Notes: generated by a model not told the origin, from the letters alone. 64,000 bases of DNA from Octopus vulgaris (GCA_951406725.2 OX597822.1:15066001-15130000), one strand, 5' to 3'. Positions 27,869 to 39,723 are shown, numbered from the stretch's first letter. Numbers and translations: made by a program.

Positions 27869-27979
27869 TATATATATATATATATTAGATATAAGTGATG
27901 TACTCATGTGTAGTTATGTTTTTAGCTTGTGCTTTTTCCATGATCATACGTGAGTATTTTATTTATATCCCATCGAAAG

Positions 27980-28040
27980 CTCTACTGAAGAAAGAATATA
28001 TCTTTTATAAGATTAATTCCGAAATTGATTCAATATAGAG
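27980..28040 (+). ncRNA. Type-I hammerhead ribozyme motif with intact core
   Basis: CUCUA-CUGAAGA-AA-GAAU..AUCUU(UUAU)AAGAU..AUUC-C-GAA-AUUGA-U-UCAAU-A-UAGAG. Stems I, II and III all pair. Confidence 0.8.
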
Positions 28041-28160
28041 ATAACGAAATTTAAAGGTTAGTTGCCCGTTTTCAGTTTCAATTCTCCTGTAGCAAGCGGA
28101 TTATAAGTGGATAAATCAGTGTATTGGCTTTAGAATAACCCTCTTTAGCCCTTAATTATA

Positions 28161-28220
<60 letters not shown>

Positions 28221-28792
28221 GCGTGTGTGACTTTGTGTCTGTGTTTGTCCCTCCAGCATCGCTCGATAACATTGATGTTGGTGTGTTTATGTCCCCATAA
28301 CTTAATGGCTCCGCAAAATAGTCCGATAGCATAAGTACTAGACTTACAAAGAATAAACCCTTGGGTCGATGATGGATGGATATATTTGTGGATTTCAATT
28401 GAATGACAGAAGTTTACATTAGAATGACAAGAAGCACCGCCAAAGATGCAGCATTTGGCGTCGTTCAGAGATAAAAGTAAAAGATATACATCTTTATCTA
28501 ATATGGTAAGGATAGTTGAAGAAAGAAGAGTGATAAAGCTCCATATTCATGAGAGCATTACTGCTAAGACCGGCAATTACAAGGTACAAGGTAACAATTG
28601 CGAAGATAGTATTTCTGTAAAGTTAAATATGATAACATCAACAGAGACCATTTAAAATATTCACGAGGAAAACTCTTCACCTTTGCAAGCAACAATTCAT
28701 ACTTCGAACTTTCAAGCACAATCTACAACCACTTCACCATACTTCCAACCTGGATATGTTCTCTAGATATTGATAATGATATCTATCTATCT

Positions 28793-29030
28793 AACCTCTC
28801 GAAAGAGCTGTTCTTCACTCCTGCTCCAGAGCTCTATCTGCGACGATTTCATCTCAATCGAAGGAGGGGCTTTCTCCGTCCGGGTTGTGGATCCGTGAAA
28901 TAAGCTGCCGGACGAGATAGTGAAGATGCCAACGACCGCTCGGTTCAAAGTCGCTCTTGACCAGAAATGGCCTGAACTCTTTGCATAAACACCCTCCCTG
29001 TACATAAATCCATGTCCCCGCACATGGCCT
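28793..29030 (+). mobile_element. CR1-type LINE 3' fragment
   Basis: RRFHLNRR..AFSVRVVDP*NKLPDEIVKMPTTARFKVALDQKW matches the CR1 ORF2 C-terminus FSxRVVxxWNxLP...FKxxLD. Confidence 0.8.
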
Positions 29031-29403
29031 TTCTTTTGCTTTTTGAGCTAAAAAATTAACTTAACTATAATGCGCATTCTATGAATATTAAGCATAAACG
29101 ACAGACGACCCCATAAATTTAATGCTGATTCCCTCATTACACCGATAATTGCGCGCTGGACGACATCACATGACTCCAGAAAAAATACAAATATACACAA
29201 ACATATTCATTTACAACACCATAGATCAAGTCTGGCGATTTGAAATCAGTGAAACTTCACAGTTACGCGTACATATTCAAGCACGAAGAAAGCGTATAAT
29301 GCCAGCGTTTATGCGTATATATCTATATACGTATATGTGCATAAGTGCATATGTATGAAAATATATATGTATGTATGAATGTATGTATGTATGTATGTAT
29401 GTT

Positions 29404-29819
29404 AAGGCAACTTCATCCGCCTGTTCCACCGTTGACGACTTGATGACTGTCAGAGCCCCGTTTGCCGCTAACACAGCTGGCTTGTTCATGTTGCCCAGTC
29501 TGCACCACGTGGAGGAGGGGTTGAGCTTTTGCAGACCAACTGCGAGGAAACGGCAAAAAACAGACCACTCTGGAAAACCATCATCCATGAGGGAACGGCG
29601 AATTTCGAGTCGAAAAGGTCTGCAGAGCTGGAGGAGAAAAGATGAAGACGGAAGGAGCGCCAACAACAACTACGTGCGACTCTCCCTTCCGGCACTAGAT
29701 GTCCGCACTGTGACCGATCTTTTCGAGCAAGAATTGGTCTTATCAGTCACCTGCGGACTCACCAATAAATTTGCGCGAAGACCATCATCCTCGACCTTCA
29801 TGGATTGCCATAGTAGTAG
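29404..29819 (+). mobile_element. RTE-clade LINE 3' fragment
   Basis: WKTIIHEG..NFE..R...EEKR*RRK...CPHCDRSFRARIGLISHLRTHQ* (terminal C2H2), followed by a short 3' UTR and a (TAG)n tail. Confidence 0.85.
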
Positions 29820-30003
29820 TATGTATGTATGTATGTAAGTATTTATGTATGTATGTATGTATGTATGTATGTATGTATGTATGTATGAATGTATGTATGT
29901 ATGTATGTATATATGTATCTATCTAACTCGCTCTCTCTCTCTCTCTCTCTCTCTCTTATATATATATATATATATATATATAAGAGAGAGAGAGAGAGAG
30001 AGA

Positions 30004-30181
30004 GAGTTCAAATTTCTAGAAAAACAAAAGACGAAGACAGGAGTATAAACGACAAGCAAGTGTATTAGTTTGACTCTCGGGAAAACAGAAAGTCTTTTAC
30101 GTTTCGAGTCCATACTCTTCAACAGAAAGGAATGAGAAAATAAACAGAGAATGAAAAAACTTTATGTATGTATACTTACAA
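30004..30181 (-). mobile_element. Short PLE-type terminal module with HHR at 30093-30129
   Basis: Minus strand reads CUUU-CUGUUGAA-GAGU-AUGG-ACUC-GAAACGUA-AAAG. A near-identical copy lies at 31634-31810. Confidence 0.75.
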
Positions 30182-30229
30182 ACATACATACATACATACA
30201 CACATACACGCACACACATATATGTATTG

Positions 30230-30490
30230 GAAGTCACTTGACCCTGTTATCTCCCCTACTGTCCCTCTCGCATCTGACCATTCTGTCCGAAGTCAGACGC
30301 CATGATAGATCGTTAGCCACTACACGCATTTTTTTCTCTCCTTGCTTTTTTCTGTGTATCTTTCTGTGGAAGAGCGTAGGCTCGAAACGTAAAAGACTTT
30401 TTCTATTCCTGAGCGCTATACTAATACATTTGTTTGTTTGTACACCACCTGCCTTCATCTTTTGTTTATTTTCGTAAACTTTCCCTTTAT
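30230..30490 (+). mobile_element. Short PLE-type terminal module with HHR at 30359-30396
   Basis: UCUUU-CUGUGGAA-GAGC-GUAG-GCUC-GAAACGUA-AAAGA. Same family as 30004-30181, in the opposite orientation. Confidence 0.75.
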
Positions 30491-30718
30491 ATATATATAT
30501 ATGTATGTATGTATGTATGTATATATGCATGTATATGTATATATGTATAGATAAAAATGTGTGTGTGTGTATGATTGTGCGCACGTATTTCGTATGGATG
30601 CAGATTTACACATACATATACATCTATAAATTTGGACGCGCACGAACATTCTCATATAAGAAGATTCGGGAATTAATCAATCCAAAATGAATGCAATTCA
30701 TTGCGATGATACCATATA

Positions 30719-30931
30719 CGATGGGTTGCTGAAAAATCCCTGGTTTAGGGTAAAAGAAAATATCGGAAGATCAGTTAATGATAATTTTATTTTAAGTATT
30801 TCCCTCTCAGATTCACACACATTGCAGCAATCCTTCAGTTTTTCTCAGCCCTGTAAAGGGACTCGTAATGTTGGGCCTACAACCAGGCGTTTCGCGAAAT
30901 AGTTAGTCGGGAAATTTTCAGCACTCCCTCA
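30719..30931. mobile_element. Mariner-derived MITE
   Basis: TIRs CGATGGGTTGCTGAAAAATCCC and GGGAAATTTTCAGCACTCCCTCA, flanked by TA. Confidence 0.7.
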
Positions 30932-30985
30932 TATATACAGTATATACATTCATAAATCTATGTTCTGTCTATCTATGTATCTATC

Positions 30986-31057
<72 letters not shown>

Positions 31058-31144
31058 CATCTATCTATCTATCTATCCATCTATCTATCCATCTATCTAC
31101 CTATCTATCTATCTATCCACCTATCTATCTATTCATCCATCTAT

Positions 31145-31186
<42 letters not shown>

Positions 31187-31190
31187 ATCT

Positions 31191-31222
<32 letters not shown>

Positions 31223-31548
31223 CATATTTCATGATGAATATATATAAATTGGTGAAGCATGAATTCCCCTAGAAATCTACAAAACAAACAAAGGTTAAAT
31301 AAGTAAACAGTGTAAATTGGTAAATTGTAGGCCAATAATTTAAACGTAACTCGAATGCTTTCCTCAGAGAATAGCTTTAAGTAGTTATGTGTAATATTGC
31401 CCTAGTGAAATCTTAAATATGGTTGTGAGGAAACTATTTCATCCACTTCATGGTGTACTAAGAAAATTGTAATTATCTTCTCAACAAGTAATTTTTTAGC
31501 TTTCCCCATATAGATAGATAGATAGATTTTTATCTATACATACATACA

Positions 31549-31631
<83 letters not shown>

Positions 31632-31633
31632 GT

Positions 31634-31810
31634 AGTTGAAATTTCTAGAAAAACAAAAGACGAAGACAGGAGTATAAGCGACAAGCAAGTGTATTAGTTT
31701 GACACTCGGGAAAACAGAAAGTCTGTTACGTTTCGAGTCCATACACTTCAACAGAAAGGAATGAGAAAATAAACAAAGAATGAAAAAAACTTTATGTATG
31801 TATACTTACA
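31634..31810 (-). mobile_element. Short PLE-type terminal module with HHR at 31722-31758
   Basis: Near-identical to 30004-30181. Confidence 0.75.
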
Positions 31811-31813
31811 TTC

Positions 31814-31869
<56 letters not shown>

Positions 31870-31872
<3 letters not shown>

Positions 31873-32389
31873 GGAAAAAACAAGTCAAGATAGAAAATGC
31901 TAAAATAATTTTATAAAGAACATTTCAGTACCGGTTTAAGTCATTTTGATACCTTCTCAACTGTAACGATTAAATAATTAAATTTAGAAAAATTAAAAGA
32001 AAAGCTTTTTTAAAGGAATATTTGTATACTGTTCAAATATAAGTGGCATTTTCCTTGTTTCTGCCTTTCTCTGTCTCCTTGTTTGCACTTGTGTGTTGGA
32101 GGTCGTTGTGAATTCTTGGTAGGGTAGACGAAGAAGAAGGATGATGAGGAGAAGGGGTGGAAAAATTTGGGAGTGCCTTGATTGTCGTATTTTGAATGGT
32201 CAGTTGCAGTTCAATTCAGGAGAATATTTCTATTGAAAGGTTTGTTTATAGAATTTGCGTAGGTGCTATACTAAAAAGCATTAGTGATAAAGTTAAGAAG
32301 TAGAAGGTGGAGCAGAAGAAGAAGAAGAAGAAGAAGAAGATGATGACGATGTTGATGATGAAGAAGAAGAAGAAGAAGAAGAAGAAGAA

Positions 32390-32433
<44 letters not shown>

Positions 32434-33395
32434 CGACGATGATGATGATAATGATGATGATGAAGAAGAAGAGGAAGAAGAAGAAAGAGAAGGGAGAATA
32501 TGAGTGAGTGGAAGTAGTGAGGTGTTGTATGACTTGAAGTTGGCACGTTATGGATTATAGCTGTGATTGGGGCTGATTTGTAATGGATTCTTTGGAATGT
32601 AATATTTGCGTGTGTATTTGTGTTATTCTAAAGCTGAGGTGTATAAATCGTTTGTCGTAGACCCGTTAAGAAGTGGCCTGTATTTTGTAATAAAGAGAGT
32701 TTCTTTACTTATTCGTTGTCCCGAGGTTGTATCGTCCCTGAATTGGTAGAGGGGGGAAATCCTGAAGCCTGGTGTTTTGTTGTTGGCGCAAGCATCTATG
32801 TGTTGGCTGAAAGCTATTTTTCTGTTTTGGGGAATTTTTATCTGGGATCTGTGCAGGGCCATTCTTTTACGCAAACTATTTTTTGTTTGGCCTATGTACT
32901 GCTCTTGACAGCCAGAGCAGGTTAGTGTGTATATCAGGTTCTCCAAAGCACATGTGAAGTTGCTTTTCACTGTAAACCGTTGTCCCTGTTTGAAGGAGAA
33001 CTCTGATCCCTCAATTAGATAATCGCATATCCCGCAATTGGGTCTTCCACATTTTTTACTGTCGGCTTCTGTGTTGAAGAGCGTATTCGGGCTTGTGTTA
33101 GGAGACTTTTCATAGATTTAGGCTGTCTCTTGCTTTTTTATGATCGTGTGTGTTTGGAGGATTGTGTTCATTCTGTGGTCTTTTTTTAGGAGGGGTATGT
33201 TTTGGAGGATGGTGCCGAAGGCTTCATTGTTGAGAAGGTTGTGTGTGGAGATGTATAGTAAGGCTTTTGGTCGTAAATTTTTCTTTGATTTGGGATGTCT
33301 CAGTTCCTGGATGTTAAGTTGAAGGGTACGTTGAATGCATATGTCAATAAGTGAAGGTGGGTAGTTCCTGGTGATGAGGGTATCTTTTAGTTCTA
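31870..33395 (-). mobile_element. 5'-truncated Penelope-like element (Neptune-like): GIY-YIG endonuclease, 3' UTR and HHR-like end
   Basis: RNYPPSLI, CGRPNCGICD, NFTCALENLIYTLTCSGCQEQYIGQTKNSLRKRMALHR...KETLFITKYRPLLN. An HHR-like motif lies at 31926-31963. Confidence 0.9.
32313..32492. repeat. (GAA)n/(GAT)n compound microsatellite inside the PLE 3' UTR
   Basis: Direct inspection. Confidence 0.95.
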
Positions 33396-33409
33396 ATATA
33401 TATATGTGT

Positions 33410-33652
33410 GTGTATATGTTTGTATGTCTGTGTTTGTCCCCCTAGCATTGCTTGACAACCGATGCTGGTGTGTTTACGTCCCCGTAACTTAGCGGTTCGG
33501 CAAAAGAGACCGATAGAATAAGTACTGGGCTTACAAAGAATAAGTTCTGGGGTCGATTTGCTTGACTAAAGGCGGTGCTCCAGCATACCCGCAGTCAAAT
33601 GACTGAAACAAGTAAAAGAGTAAAAGAGTTACCACACAGCCACTCCTGCGCC
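33410..33652 (+). mobile_element. SINE family A tail half followed by an inverted 22-bp SINE head
   Basis: The tail ends AAAAGAGT at ~33629 and is followed by ACCACACAGCCACTCCTGCGCC, the reverse complement of the head. Confidence 0.85.
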
Positions 33653-36334
33653 TAAAAATACTAAACACATACAGCTAAACACATTAACATTGTTACTAAT
33701 GCTAATTGTTACTTTAGAAGTTATATGTCAAAACAACCTCATATATAGAACGTTGTGCAAGTGCCATCCGAAAATGTGGAATTCTTCTCTAAAATTAGTT
33801 TAGTTTCTTAGAGTTTCTGGCTCTAAACCTCAAGAGACACCCACACTGCAATACTTCCGATTAGCTCTGCTTTCTCTCATCTCTGAGTGAATATTTCCAC
33901 CCGTTTTACATGTGCATAAATGTAATTCGTGTGCGTACAAGGAGTTATTGTGCACCCGAAATCATATTTACTTAAGTAATATTCTAATTATTAGTTAATT
34001 GTATTCTTTAATTACATACTTTTGTTATGGGAAAAGCATCGCCTAATATGATATTTTTAGTACCCTGTGCTTAAAACTAACTTGAACATATTTAAGGAAA
34101 ATGCATGAAATTAGTAATACGTCCACGACGGATCTGAGAGAAAACCGTCCGATTAATAGAAATAAATTTATTCATCCGAGACATTAATACGGTTGCTAAG
34201 ATGCATTTTGTTCTACAGAACAAATTAATTCCTCATTCCAGCCTCCTTATCGGACACATCCGTGCTTTACCAAACAGAACCTGAGAGCTCCTGGTGATCT
34301 TCCGAATATTTTCGGCTATTAGAACACATTTACGTAGAACAAGATTTAAGAACCCAATCACGTGGATCACGTGTCCACTGATTAAAGATTTAAAATATCT
34401 AAATTATAGAATTCCAACAAAATTTGGTATGGAACTTAGATCAACGAAACGTCCAGTTGGGAAATAAATCTCCAATGCTACCAAAAAGATTTGTTATTAT
34501 GTCCAAAGAAAATACCTTGTGACAACGCTGTATAGATAAACGGAAATAAAAAGACAAAGTTAATATTCTAGAAATCCCTCTTAATTTCGCAGTAACTCAT
34601 TTTGATATTATCGCCATGTTTTGACATTAACTATCCATCTTTTAAGTGGGTTCACACCTCAAGGAATGAATCATTAATATTTGATATTCCTGATGCTAAT
34701 CTACTAACAAAGTGTCATTCTGAGGAGTGCGATAGGTTTGTAACGATGCTTAAGGCCATTAGCAACAAGAAGCTTGACGTCAGCCTGACGTGAGATATAC
34801 TATCAGTATTAGAAGCTCTATTGATTTTTGAGTATTGTAAATATGTGAGAGGAAGTTATATTTATCTAATTTTGACGTTGTTCATACTTTACACTGTTCA
34901 ATCATTAGTCATTTCTCCAAATCACTGGAGGGAAATGTTGATATTTTACTGAAATTTTAGAATATAATATATTCTTTCAATCTTTTTAGTTACGAGAGTA
35001 AGGCATTAATTATCGGCTACGTACTTATATGTGGCACTGGCGGGAAATTTACTTCGATACAGTTCTCTCTCTTGAGACTATTTCGCTCCAAGAGCAGAGT
35101 TCGCTTCCTGCTTCTGGATCAACTAATGGCTTACGCTATAGGAAAATATAATATTCGGTGTGTTCACAAGGCAGATTGCACATTGAAGGCAACCCCCCCC
35201 CACATCAAGAAGATGGACACTTGGACACGTTTTTTGCTGATGTCAAAATTGAGCGATTCCATAACATGGTTGTTTGATCAGATGATTGACGATTGAACAT
35301 GTGACAACATGTAAATTAGTCACGGTGTTGCATATTACATCATCCTCAACAGACATGGGCCCAGCTGACGTAATAACATCGAAATAGACATTTCAAGTTT
35401 GAACCTGCTCAGTGATGCGCGCGCAGTTAATTTCTTGCTAACAGAAAAATCGATAGGGGCAAGAATGATTCTTGTATGGCATTTAAAATTCTTTTGGAAA
35501 AAATAGCTAATTTCATTTAGGGCTTGTCTGTCGATTATTACTCTATTCTGCCGTAACTGGACGTACAAACGAAGTTAATTGTTTTATATATAAACGCATT
35601 TGTTTATATTTTGTATGAGACAGCATGTTTGCCTTTAAAGTAATCTGCAAGGAATGTAGACTTGCTTCTTGTAAGAACATGATATCATTTCGGTGTAACT
35701 CATTAAGAATGTACAATTATCTATATATCTCTGAGACGCCCTGTTGCAGCAGATCAATTTTCAAAGGGGATTTAGATATAAGTCACCGAATTCTTTCCCC
35801 AGCGAAAATATATGTTGAACCCCATTATGAAATCTAGGAGTACACTCCCTTTTCCTTAAAAGATTAAGAAGGGAAATTTGGTTGGTATTCCAAGGAGATC
35901 GAAAATATACACAGAGATCCCGCTTTGGTTTGATACCTTTTCGTATTTTACTTGGAAAGTACCGGAAACTCAATATTCCTCTAGAAAACAATTATTGCAC
36001 TAAACACACACACCAGTCCAATCACTCGGGAGCAGTTGAAGCAAAATAACACTCTCCCATTATCATGACAAATATGACGTAAAATCATTTGTGTATAGGA
36101 TGAAATAATATCTACTAAAATGATATCGCCAGAGAAAAGCTGAACTGAGATTACAACGAACACTTTACAACTAGAGAGCATGCAATACCAATTATACCTT
36201 CAGGTCTTGAGATAAATAGGAAACGAAAAGTTAAATTTATAAGAAATGTATGAGCTTTTGTTTAAACTGCACCGCCATATCTCAATACGTGCAATATTTG
36301 CCTGACCGGGAAATATAGCCCCAAATATTTTTTC

Positions 36335-36575
36335 TACTCTAGGCTCAAGGCCACAAATTTTAGGGGAGAGGCTAGTCGATTAGATCGCCCCCAGTACGCA
36401 GTTGGTACTTAATTTATCGACCCCGAAAGGATGAAATGCAAAGTCGACCTCGGCGGAATTTGAACTCAGAACGGAAGACAGACGACATACCTATTTCTTT
36501 ACTACCCACAATGGGCTAAACACGGAGAGGACAAACAAGGACAGACAAACGGATTAAGTCGATTATATCGATCTC
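36335..36575 (-). mobile_element. SINE family B fragments, two nested or tandem
   Basis: Similarity to 21468-21701 and 54896-55094. Confidence 0.8.
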
Positions 36576-36730
36576 GATTATATATATATATATGTATATA
36601 TATAGCCAACAAAGAAGTACATAGACACATGTAGCCAACAAAGAGGTTAGCGAAATTGGGGCCCATTCTCGTTCCCGTCACGACCCAACACCACTGTTGG
36701 TAGGTTTCTCCGGTGAACGTATATATTCTC

Positions 36731-37890
36731 GCGACGGGAACGAGAATGGGCCCCAATTTCGCCAAACTCTTTGTTGGCTACACTGAGGCCGAAGCATTCT
36801 TCCAATTCTCGGGGCCGACCCAGAGCTATACGGTCGCTACATAGACGACTGTATAGGTGCCACTTCCCTCTCCCGCGAACAACTCTGCCACTTCATCTCT
36901 TTCCTCTCTAACTTCCACCCTTCTCTCCAATTCACTTCTACTATCTCTGACACCTCTGTTAATTTCCTCGACATCTCTCTTAGTATTGACCACCCCTCCC
37001 ACTCTCTCCCCACCACCGCCTTCTTCAAACCCACGGATTCCCACCTCTACCTCAACTTCTCCTCCTCCCATCCCTTCCACACCAAACTGGCCATCGCCTA
37101 CTCCCAGTTCCTCTGCCTCCGACGTTTGTGCAGCCGTGACCAGGATTTTGAAACCCAGTCACAGTACCTGGCCCACCTGTTCAGGCATCGAGGATACCCC
37201 CAACCCTGGTCCAGAACGCCCCTGTCCGCGCTCGTCGAATCGACCGCACCACAGCCCTTTTTCCTTCCTCTCACCAACCTCCTAACCGCACCCCCTTTCT
37301 CCTCCTTTTCCACCCCTCCACTCTACCCCTTCGTCGGAAGATACTACGTCCTCAGCTCGATCCCACCACCCGCCCCATTTTCTCCAACCCACTCTTGTCC
37401 TCATTCAAACGAGCCCGGAACCTACGGGATCTCCTGGTCCGTAACACCTTCTCCTCTTCCCCCTCAGCCCCACATAGATCCTTCCCGTACTCCAGATCCC
37501 GCTGCAACACCTGCCCCTTCATCATCAACACCACTTCGATCACTGGCTCCAACCAACTAACTGTACGTATTAGACATTCTTTTACGTGCACTTCATCTGG
37601 CCTCATTTACTGCATAAAATGCATCCTCTGTGGGATGCTTTATGTAGGTCAGACGGGCCGCCGACTGGCCGACCGGTTCACCGAACATCTAAGGGATATT
37701 CGGTTACGTTCCAACTCTCCCGTCGCCCGTCACTTCCGCTTGGCCAACCATTCCCCCTGTAACATCTCTGTGTTTGGTCTCGCCCTACACAATGGATCGC
37801 CATAATCCAGGCTTCACTTGGGACAGCGATATATATTCAATTTACAGACTAATATCCCGCACGGACTTAACACAGCCCCCTCCTCTTAGT
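36731..37890 (+). pseudogene. PLE reverse transcriptase/GIY-YIG endonuclease pseudogene
   Basis: GTRMGPNFAKLFVG, YGRYIDDC, FLDI, KPTDSHLYL..SSHP.H, RGYP, RNLRDLLVR, SRCNTC, FTCTSSGLIYCIKCILCGMLYVGQTGRRLADRFTEH, HGLN. Several frameshifts. Confidence 0.93.
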
Positions 37891-38074
37891 GACTGCCTCT
37901 GCACCTCCCGCAACAAGCAAATTTACTTCTTCTTTCTTCTCTTTTTTCATTATTCATTCCTTACGTGCAATTACGTCTTTTATATTGGATCAACTTCCTT
38001 AGATTTTATTGTTTTTATAATTTTTGTTTTTTATTGTTTATAATTTATTGTGTTTATAAATTATTGTTTTATAG

Positions 38075-39420
38075 ACGAACACATACACACACATACTCAC
38101 GTATCCACGAACACACAGATACCTACCACACACCACACACATACAACATACATACATACATGCACATATACACACACCCACATACACCCACGCGTGCACA
38201 CACATATGCGCGTACACACAGACACGTACACAAACGTACACATACACACACAAGAATGCACAGAAACCTATCCCACCCAACCCCACGCATATACAGACAC
38301 ACATACCATTAGACACACATACCATTAGACACACACACGTACAAACGTACACACAACCACATACACACACATATTCAAGCACACGCGCGTACACACAACA
38401 AAATGCACACAACCTGACAAACATCTCCACGTTCACACACACATATAAACACGCACGCACATACACACATGCACACACCCACATACATACGCACATAATA
38501 CACGCACACACACATATACACACGTACATACACACACACACCAGCACAGATTCCCACATATACCTCCAATAAACAATACTCGTACAGATACGCACACAAT
38601 TATACACACATGGGCACAGACACACACGCACATACACGCACACACGCACGTAAGCACACACACGCACACAAGCACACGCACGCACCTTACGCCTACATCA
38701 CCACACATATACATACATTCACATATACAAGCATACACGCAATATATGCATACACGCACGCACACACATATACATACGTATACACATATAGACACAGACA
38801 CACACACTCACGCACACACAAACATGCGCACACATACGCACGCACACACGCACACACGCACACGAACGCACACATCTAACACTCACAACCCCACGGACAC
38901 ACGTATATACACCCACATACGCATCTACACACACATATACACGCACACATACACGCACACACAACTACACGCACGCACACACACACAAATGAACCCACTC
39001 ATACATCCCATACACCCAGCACACACTCATACATACACGCACACAATTATACATACATGTATACACACATACAAGCACACACGCACACATACACAAAGTA
39101 AAGCACAGTTATTCGCCACACACACAAACTCTACGCATACACACACGAACACACACATACATATACATACACGCACACACACACACATACTTCAAACTAC
39201 CAGTACCTTTCATTGACCATTCTTCCACATGGGTAGATAGACACAAGAGCCACTCCTAATTCATTCTTCCTTGACCTTAAACAATACTAAGCCCTACCAC
39301 CCACATAGATTAACATCCACAACCACACACACATACACACACGTGTTATTATTGCACACATGCATACACACGCACACGCAGACCTGCGCGCACGCACATA
39401 TCCACACTTACACACACATA
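38075..39420. repeat. ~1.3-kb degenerate (CA/CG/TA)n alternating purine-pyrimidine tract
   Basis: Direct inspection. Confidence 0.9.
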
Positions 39421-39560
39421 CATCCTCTTGCACTCTCCTGTCTTTGAATGAACTTTTCTTCACCCATTCCCTTCCGGTCATTCAAAATGTGACCGCGTGT
39501 GTACCGTTGGCGATTTTTTTTCCCTCCGTCTTCCCTTCTTTGGAGCTTTCCTTTTCCTAT

Positions 39561-39595
39561 GTTTCCGACGAAGAGCTCCGCTCGAAACGTTAAAC
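39561..39595 (+). ncRNA. Minimal hammerhead ribozyme motif (U4 mutated to C)
   Basis: GUUU-CCGACGA-A-GAGC-UCC-GCUC-GAAACGUUA-AAC, with palindromic stem III AACGUU. Confidence 0.7.
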
Positions 39596-39686
39596 CCTCC
39601 TTCTTTCCTTGTTTCCTGATCGTCGAATAATACTATACTTGTTATACGCGTTGTTATGTTTTCTCTTTGTGTTTTCATGTTTGGAT

Positions 39687-39723
<37 letters not shown>

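Larger units (their letters stand above)
36630..39692 (+). mobile_element. 5'-truncated and 5'-inverted Penelope-like element: RT, GIY-YIG, long CA-rich 3' UTR and HHR-bearing terminus
   Basis: Coding part 36731-37890, degenerate CA tract 38075-39420, terminal module 39489-39692 ending at (TA)n. Assigning the terminal module to this element is inferred from position and orientation. Confidence 0.8.

Noticed and set aside
32271-32546. Poly-His/poly-Leu and poly-Lys/Met ORFs
   Set aside because: They come from the (GAA)n/(GAT)n microsatellite in the PLE 3' UTR.
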